Of a stretch of DNA of 64,000 bases, positions 57,519 to 64,000 are shown in pieces (within the stretch, counting starts at the first letter, position 1; each line of letters starts with the position of its first letter). The notes beneath the pieces are model-generated. The model worked only from the letters and a program-made list of their open reading frames with translations, was not told the origin of the DNA and searched no databases. The position numbers and the translations under genes were made by a program. The DNA comes from Dehalococcoidia bacterium (GTDB lineage: Bacteria; Chloroflexota; Dehalococcoidia; Plut-88900): NCBI GenBank assembly GCA_965197585.1, contig OZ240215.1, positions 2,368,001 through 2,432,000 of the forward strand, read 5' to 3'.

Positions 57519-59453
57519 ATGAGATCTAAGGTAGCTGGTAGGCATTGGTTTCTGATCCTACTTGTGGTGGCACTGGTATCCGTCCTCTTCGTCGTGGCCT
57601 GTGGCGATGGCGATCCCGAACCCACTGCCGCACCCGTGGACACAGGGGCCGCGGAGGCCGCAGCAGATGCAGCCGCCGCCGCAGAGGCCGCAGAGGCTGC
57701 AGTATCAGATGCCGAGGCCACACTGTCAGAGGCAGCAATGGCCGCGGAAGCCGCAGCTAAGGCTGCTGAGGAAGCTGTCGCCTTTGCCGCAGAGCTCGCT
57801 GCCGCTGCCCAGGCTGCCGCCGAGGCCGCCGGCACCGCAGATTCCGCGGCTGTTATGGCCGCCCAAGAGGCCGCCGCTCAGGCCGTAGCCGCTGCCGAAG
57901 CCGCTGCCGCCCAGGCTGCCGAGCTAGCGATGGCCGCCGCCGAGGCACAGGCCGCTGCCGCCGCCGAAGCCGCTGCCGCCGAAGCCGTTCTCACGCCGAA
58001 GCACGGTGGTTCACTTAGAATTGGGACAGCCGCGAGACACCTCACGCTGGACCCGGCACAGCACCGCACGGGTGTCGACATCATGATCACCCAGAACACA
58101 TATGACAATCTGCTCATGATCCAACCAGATCTTTCCGTGAAGCCGGAGCTGGCCAGGTCCTGGGAGCCTAACGAAGACTTCACGTCCTACACCTTCCACC
58201 TCCGCAGGGGTGTGAAGTTCTCCCATGGGAAGGACTTCAAGGCGGAGGATGTCGTTTACACATTCGAGAGACTGGTGGACCCCGACTTTGACACCGCAGT
58301 GCGGACAACATTCGAGGTCATCGATGAAATGGTGATCATCGACGACTACACCGTTCGCTTCGACCTTGTCAGCCCTAACTCCTTGTTCCTGGACAGCCTT
58401 ACCATCTATCAGGCACGGATAGTCCCCTCCGAAATAGATGGCGAAAAGCTGCCAATTGATACCGACAAGTTCAACACCATGACATACGGCACGGGTCCCT
58501 TCATGCTGGTGGAGCACCTGCCGGCCGAACGTACGACGATGGTTAGGAACCCGAACTACTGGCAGCAGGGCCGCCCCTACCTGGATGAGATCGTCATTCT
58601 CACCATCCGAGAGCCGGCAGCCCGGCTCCTGGCCCTCGAGGCCGGTGACGTCGACGTCCTATTCCAACTGGAATTCGCGAGCATTGAGGCGCTCGATGCC
58701 AACCCCGACACCAAGGTGTTGGAAACCGACAGCGCTACCTGGATGGGAATGACTCTGATAACCGAAATAGAGCCGTTCGATAGCAAGCTGGTCCGACAGG
58801 CGATGCAAGCCGCGACAGACCGGGAACTCATCAGACAAGTGGCGCTGCTGGGGCGCGGACAGCTCGCCTACGACCACCCCATACCGGCAAACAGTCCCCT
58901 CTTCTCGGCGGAAGCAGCCGCAAGGGTCCGCTACGACCCCGACAGAGCCAGGGAGTTGTTGGAGGAGGCCGGACACCCGGACGGGATCGACGTCACGCTG
59001 TTCACAGGCGATCTCGGACCGGGGATGAGGGAAATGGCGGTAGCATACCAACAGAGTGCTGCGCCCGCAGGCATTCGGGTGGCGATCGAGGAAAGGCCTT
59101 CAGACGGATACTGGGGCGAAGTGTGGAGCGTTGAGCCGTTCAGTGTCGTTTGGTGGTTCGCCCGGCCCAACCCGGACCAGGCACTGAGCATCCAGTCCTG
59201 CGTCGGATGCCCCTTTAATGCGCCGCGTTACTACAACCAGCACCTTGACGACCTGGTAGCGAAAGCCAGGGGGCAGGACCTTGAGGGCCAGCAGGAGACC
59301 TGGGCGGAGATCCAGAACATCATGATCGAAAATATACCGCACCTGGTCGTGGCTTTCATGCCGCAGTTAAACGGAGCACGCAGCAACGTTTACGGCGCAG
59401 ACGCCCATCCCCTGGGCTGGGGACTCTTCCAAGACGCATGGATTGACGAATAG
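57519..59453 (+). CDS. Family 5 (DppA/OppA-like) ABC solute-binding lipoprotein with an Ala/Glu-rich N-terminal stalk, copy 1
   Basis: Lipobox VVAC; 'PKHGGSL', 'LDP', 'PELA.SW', 'LRRGVKF.HG', 'GTGPF', 'RNPNYW'. Confidence 0.9.
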   Translation: MRSKVAGRHWFLILLVVALVSVLFVVACGDGDPEPTAAPVDTGAAEAAADAAAAAEAAEAAVSDAEATLSEAAMAAEAAAKAAEEAVAFAAELAAAAQAAAEAAGTADSAAVMAAQEAAAQAVAAAEAAAAQAAELAMAAAEAQAAAAAEAAAAEAVLTPKHGGSLRIGTAARHLTLDPAQHRTGVDIMITQNTYDNLLMIQPDLSVKPELARSWEPNEDFTSYTFHLRRGVKFSHGKDFKAEDVVYTFERLVDPDFDTAVRTTFEVIDEMVIIDDYTVRFDLVSPNSLFLDSLTIYQARIVPSEIDGEKLPIDTDKFNTMTYGTGPFMLVEHLPAERTTMVRNPNYWQQGRPYLDEIVILTIREPAARLLALEAGDVDVLFQLEFASIEALDANPDTKVLETDSATWMGMTLITEIEPFDSKLVRQAMQAATDRELIRQVALLGRGQLAYDHPIPANSPLFSAEAAARVRYDPDRARELLEEAGHPDGIDVTLFTGDLGPGMREMAVAYQQSAAPAGIRVAIEERPSDGYWGEVWSVEPFSVVWWFARPNPDQALSIQSCVGCPFNAPRYYNQHLDDLVAKARGQDLEGQQETWAEIQNIMIENIPHLVVAFMPQLNGARSNVYGADAHPLGWGLFQDAWIDE

Positions 59454-59504
59454 AGAGTCTCCTGGGGCTTGGCCTTAGGTCTACCCCAGTAGTTGAGAAA
59501 GAAA

Positions 59505-59546
59505 TGGGCCCCCGGCTTGCTGTTGAAGCCGGGGGCCCACCCTTTT
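59505..59546 (+). terminator. Intrinsic terminator
   Basis: TGGGCCCCCGGCTT/AAGCCGGGGGCCCA then CCCTTTT. Confidence 0.7.
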
Positions 59547-59748
59547 AGTCCAGGCGGTCAATCCCATGTGAAATATAGCGCAATCGCGATCATTTAGGTA
59601 TATTTCATGTCAAGCTTGACATTTCAAGGATAATCCATGTAGGGTTTTTGACGCCCAATCAATATCAATGCGCCAGTACGATATTTCCATATACCGCGAT
59701 GTACCTTCCCAAAAGAGAAAACCTGACGCATAAATGGAGGAGATTATT

Positions 59749-61683
59749 ATGAGATCTAAGGTAGCTGGTAGGCATTGGTTCCTTATCTTGCTTGCCGTGG
59801 CCCTGGTGTCCGTCCTATTCGTCGTAGCATGTGGCGACGGCGAGCCCGAGCCCACTGCAGCACCCGTCGACACAGGGGCCGCGGAAGCTGCCGCAGATGC
59901 AGCCGCTGCTGCCGAAGCCGCAGAGGCCGCCATATCAGAGGCAGAGGCCACACTGTCAGAGGCAGCAATGGCCGCGGAGGCCGCAGCTAAGGCTGCTGAG
60001 GAAGCTGTCGCCTTTGCCGCAGAGCTCGCTGCCGCTGCCCAGGCTGCCGCCGAGGCCGCCGGCACCGCAGATTCCGCGGCTGTTATGGCCGCCCAAGAGG
60101 CCGCCGCTCAGGCCGTGGCCGCTGCCGAAGCCGCTGCCGCCCAAGCTGCCGAGCTAGCGATGGCCGCCGCAGAAGCTCAAGCCGCTGCCGTCGCCGAAGC
60201 CGCCGCTGCCGAAACCGTTCTCACGCCGAAGTACGGTGGCTCGCTAAGAGTTGGGTTAGCAGCAAGAAACTTAACGTTGGACCCGGCTATACACCTCACA
60301 GCAGTTGACATTTCCATCACCCAGGCAACCTATGACAATCTGATCATGATCCAGCCGGACCTTTCCGTGAAGCCGGAGTTGGCCAGGTCCTGGGAGCCCA
60401 ACGAAGACTTCACGTCCTACACCTTCCATCTGCGCAGAGGTGTAAAGTTCCACCACGGAAAGGACTTCAAGGCGGAGGACGTGATCTACACCTTTGACCG
60501 GCTCCTAGATCCCGAGTTGGACAGTGCGGCGCGGGTCCCATTCTCGGTCATCGAAGAAATCGTCGCCGTCGACGACTACACCGTACGCTTCGACCTCGTC
60601 GGCCCCAACTCGTTGTTCCTGGATAGCCTGTCAATTTACCAGGCACGAATCCTCCCCTCCGAAATAGACGGCGTCAAGTTACCCATACACACCGACCGGT
60701 TCGACTCTGGGGAGTTCGGCTCGGGGCCCTTCATACTGGTGGAGCACCTGATAGGCGAACGCTCGACGATGGTGCGGAACCCCGACTACTGGCAACAGGG
60801 CTTTCCCTACCTGGATGAGATCGTCCTTGTCAGCATACGCGAGCCGGCAGCCCGGCAACTGGCCCTCGAGGCTGGCGACGTCGATATCGTATTTCAATTG
60901 GAATTCTCGACCGTTGCCGCTCTTGATGCGAACCCAGACACCGTGGTGTTGGAGAGCGACAGCGCGGCCTGGATGGGAATGGTCTTGGCAACCGACGCTG
61001 CGCCGTTCGATAACAAGCTGGTCCGACAGGCCATGCAAGCCGCGACGGACCGGGAACTTATCAGACAATCAGCGCTGTTGGGACGCGGCCAGTTGGCCTA
61101 TGACCACCCCGTTCCGGCCAATAGCCCCCTCTTTTCGGCGGAAGCTGCTGCTGAAGTCCGCTACGACCCCGAGTTGGCGAAGTCGTTGTTGGAGCAGGCT
61201 GGACACCCTGATGGGATCGACATCACACTGTTCACAGGCGACGTGGGGCCAGGGATGAGGGAAATGGCGGTGGCAATGCAACAGAGCGCTGCGCCCGCCG
61301 GGATTCGCATTGAAATCGAGGAAAGGCCCTCGGACAGGTTCTGGGGCGATGTGTGGGGCGTTGAGCCCTTCACGGTCATTTGGTTTTACGGCCGGCCCAA
61401 CCCGGACGCGGCCCTGACCATCCAGTCCTGCGTCGACTGCCCCTTCAATGCGCCGCGTTACTACAACCAGACGCTTGACGACCTGGTCGTGAAGGCAAGG
61501 GGGCAGGACCTTGAAGGCCAGAAGGAGAGCTGGGCGGAGATCCAGCGCATCATGATCGAAAATGTGCCTCACCTGGTCGTGGCATTCATACCGCAGTTGG
61601 CCGGCGCGCGCAGCAACCTAGTAGGCGCAGAACCTCACCCGCTGGGCTGGGGAGTCTTCCAGAACGTCTGGTTTAACGAATAG
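59749..61683 (+). CDS. Family 5 ABC solute-binding lipoprotein, copy 2
   Basis: Same motifs as copy 1. Confidence 0.9.
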   Translation: MRSKVAGRHWFLILLAVALVSVLFVVACGDGEPEPTAAPVDTGAAEAAADAAAAAEAAEAAISEAEATLSEAAMAAEAAAKAAEEAVAFAAELAAAAQAAAEAAGTADSAAVMAAQEAAAQAVAAAEAAAAQAAELAMAAAEAQAAAVAEAAAAETVLTPKYGGSLRVGLAARNLTLDPAIHLTAVDISITQATYDNLIMIQPDLSVKPELARSWEPNEDFTSYTFHLRRGVKFHHGKDFKAEDVIYTFDRLLDPELDSAARVPFSVIEEIVAVDDYTVRFDLVGPNSLFLDSLSIYQARILPSEIDGVKLPIHTDRFDSGEFGSGPFILVEHLIGERSTMVRNPDYWQQGFPYLDEIVLVSIREPAARQLALEAGDVDIVFQLEFSTVAALDANPDTVVLESDSAAWMGMVLATDAAPFDNKLVRQAMQAATDRELIRQSALLGRGQLAYDHPVPANSPLFSAEAAAEVRYDPELAKSLLEQAGHPDGIDITLFTGDVGPGMREMAVAMQQSAAPAGIRIEIEERPSDRFWGDVWGVEPFTVIWFYGRPNPDAALTIQSCVDCPFNAPRYYNQTLDDLVVKARGQDLEGQKESWAEIQRIMIENVPHLVVAFIPQLAGARSNLVGAEPHPLGWGVFQNVWFNE

Positions 61684-61734
61684 AGAGTCGCCTCGGGTTT
61701 GGCCTTAGGTCTACCCCAGTAGTTGAGAAAGAAA

Positions 61735-61776
61735 TGGGCCCCCGGCTTGCTGTTGAAGCCGGGGGCCCACCCTTTT
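61735..61776 (+). terminator. Intrinsic terminator
   Basis: Same hairpin as 59505-59546. Confidence 0.7.
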
Positions 61777-61978
61777 AGTCCAGGCGGTCAATTCCATGTG
61801 AAATATAGCACAATATCGATCATTTAGGCATATTTCATGTCAAGCTTGACAATTCGAGGATAGTCCATGTAGCGTTGCCGACGCCGAATCAATAGCAATG
61901 CGCCAGTGCGACATTCCCGTTTATTCCCATGTAGCCCCCCAAAAGTGTACGCCTGCCGCATAAACGTAGGAGATTATT

Positions 61979-63913
61979 ATGAGATCTAAGGTAGCCAGTA
62001 AGAATTGGTTTCTTATCTTGCTTACCATGGCACTGGTATCCGTCCTCTTCGTCGTGGCCTGTAGCGACGGCGAGCCCGAGCCCACTGCAGCACCCGTCGA
62101 CACAGGGGCCGCGGAAGCTGCCGCAGAAGCCGCCGCTGCTGCCGAAGCCGCAGAGGCCGCCATATCAGATGCCGAGGCCACACTGTCAGAGGCAGCGATG
62201 GCCGCAGAAGCCGCCGCTAAGGCTGCTGAGGAAGCTGTCGCCTTTGCCGCAGAGCTCGCTGCCGCTGCCCAGGCTGCCGCCGAGGCCGCCGGCACCGCTG
62301 ATTCCGCGGCTGTTATGGCCGCACAAGATGCCGCAGCTCAAGCCGTAGCTGCTGCCGAAGCTGCTGCCGCCCAGGCTGCCGAGCTCGCTATGGCCGCCGC
62401 CGAGGCACAAGCCGCTGCCGTCGCCGAAGCCGCCGCTGCCGAAGCCGTTCTCACGCCGAAGTACGGTGGCTCGCTAAGAGTTGCGTTTGCAGCAACAAAC
62501 TTAACGTTGGACCCGGCTTTACAGAACGCAAACATTGACATTTCCATCACCCAGGCAACCTATGACAATCTGATCATGATCCAGCCGGACCTTTCCGTGA
62601 AGCCGGAACTGGCCAGGTCCTGGGAGCACAACGAAGACTTCACGTCCTACACCTTTCACCTGCGTAGAGGCGTAAAGTTCCACCACGGAAAGGACTTCAA
62701 GGCGGAGGACGTGATCTACACCTTTGACCGGCTCCAAGACCCCGAGCTGGACAGCACGGCGCGGGGCCCATTCTCGGTCATCGAAGAAGTCGTCGCCGTC
62801 GACGACTACACCGTACGCTTCGACCTCGTCGGCCCCAACTCGTTGTTCCTGGATAGCCTGTCAATTTACCAGGCACGAATCCTCCCCTCCGAAATAGACG
62901 GCGTCAAGTTACCCATAAACACCGATCGGTTCGACTCTGGGGAGTTCGGCTCGGGGCCCTTCATACTGGTGGAACACCTGATAGGCGAGCGCTCGACGAT
63001 GGTGCGGAACCCCGACTACTGGCAACAGGGCTACCCCTACCTGGATGAGATCGTCTTTGTCAGCATACGCGAGCCGGCAGCCCGGCAGCTGGCCCTCGAG
63101 GCTGGCGACGTCGATCTCGTATTTCAGTTGGAATTCTCGCTCACTGCCGCTCTCGAGGCGAACCCAGACACCGTGGTGTTGGAGAGCGACAGCGCGGCCT
63201 GGATGGGAATGGTCTTGGCAACCGACATTGCGCCGTTCGATAACACGCTGGTCCGACAGGCCATGCAAGCCGCGACAGACCGGGAACTCATCAGACAAGT
63301 GGCGCTGCTTGGACGCGGCCAACTAGCGTACGACCACCCCGTTCCGGCCAACAGCCCCCTCTTCTCGGCGGAAGCAGCCGCAAGGGTCCGCTACGACCCC
63401 GATAGAGCCAGGGAGTTGTTGGAGGAGGCAGGACACCCGGACGGAATCGACATCACACTGTTCACAGGCGATCTCGGACCAGGGATGAGGGAAATGGCGG
63501 TAGCATTCCAACAGAGTGCTGCGCCCGCTGGCATTCGGGTGGCGATCGAGGAAAGGCCTTCAGACAGGTTCTGGGGCGATGTGTGGGGTGTTGAGCCCTT
63601 CACGGTCATTCGGTTTTTCGGCCGGCCCAACCCGGACGCGGCCCTGAGCATCCAGAACTGCGTCGGCTGCTCCTACAATAAGCCGCGTTACTACAACCAG
63701 CACCTTGACGACCTCGTCGTGAAGGCAAGGGGGCAGGACCTTGAAGGCCAGCAGGAGACCTGGGCGGAGATCCAGAACATCATGATCGAAAATGTGCCTC
63801 ACCTGATCGTGGCATTCATCCCGCAGTTGACCGGTGCGCGCAGCAACGTGTATGGCGCGGACCCCCATCCACTGAGTTGGGGACTCCTCCAGAACGCCTG
63901 GATTGACGAATAG
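61979..63913 (+). CDS. Family 5 ABC solute-binding lipoprotein, copy 3
   Basis: Same motifs as copies 1 and 2. Confidence 0.9.
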   Translation: MRSKVASKNWFLILLTMALVSVLFVVACSDGEPEPTAAPVDTGAAEAAAEAAAAAEAAEAAISDAEATLSEAAMAAEAAAKAAEEAVAFAAELAAAAQAAAEAAGTADSAAVMAAQDAAAQAVAAAEAAAAQAAELAMAAAEAQAAAVAEAAAAEAVLTPKYGGSLRVAFAATNLTLDPALQNANIDISITQATYDNLIMIQPDLSVKPELARSWEHNEDFTSYTFHLRRGVKFHHGKDFKAEDVIYTFDRLQDPELDSTARGPFSVIEEVVAVDDYTVRFDLVGPNSLFLDSLSIYQARILPSEIDGVKLPINTDRFDSGEFGSGPFILVEHLIGERSTMVRNPDYWQQGYPYLDEIVFVSIREPAARQLALEAGDVDLVFQLEFSLTAALEANPDTVVLESDSAAWMGMVLATDIAPFDNTLVRQAMQAATDRELIRQVALLGRGQLAYDHPVPANSPLFSAEAAARVRYDPDRARELLEEAGHPDGIDITLFTGDLGPGMREMAVAFQQSAAPAGIRVAIEERPSDRFWGDVWGVEPFTVIRFFGRPNPDAALSIQNCVGCSYNKPRYYNQHLDDLVVKARGQDLEGQQETWAEIQNIMIENVPHLIVAFIPQLTGARSNVYGADPHPLSWGLLQNAWIDE

Positions 63914-64000
63914 GGGGGCACCAGCGTATTAGCTTCGGTGTATCCCAGTCGTTGGAAATGAGATGGGGCCCTAGCTTCAATGTAAGCCGGGGTCCCATAC

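Larger units (their letters stand above)
57323..64000 (+). repeat. Three tandem ~2230-bp direct-repeat units (promoter + SBP gene + terminator)
   Basis: Start codons at 57519, 59749 and 61979, each ORF 1935 bp; intergenic DNA is nearly identical between units. Confidence 0.9.

Noticed and set aside
57519-63913. Diversity-generating retroelement acting on the SBP copies
   Set aside because: No reverse transcriptase or template repeat in the window, and the differences are not visibly adenine-specific

Overview
GC-rich bacterial chromosomal window. The gene content (many amidohydrolase, CaiB/BaiF CoA-transferase, luciferase-like and Rieske-oxygenase paralogs, plus orphan lipoprotein solute-binding proteins) resembles SAR202/Dehalococcoidia-type Chloroflexota; this taxonomy is inferred, not proven. 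Housekeeping genes (tsaD, thrB, lysC, a cysteine synthase, hisF, hisIE, ilvE, mgtE, tRNA-Pro, tRNA-Asp) are interleaved with catabolic clusters. The most unusual signal is a pair of homologous ~650-700 nt non-coding elements (about 2004-2720 on +, about 31000-31678 on -). Each has a sigma70-like promoter carrying a LexA-box-like motif, a conserved ~160-200 nt 5' domain, and a covarying 15-17 bp long-range helix. That helix encloses a ~370 nt hairpin-rich domain whose sequence differs between the copies. Other notable items: a methyltransferase/endonuclease cassette between two CoA-transferase genes, with two GACGTC sites in its own promoter; two GrdE-like proteins without GrdB; an amidohydrolase with an inserted Rieske domain; and three tandem 2230-bp SBP units with mosaic sequence. 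All calls come from reading the sequence; no database search was run.
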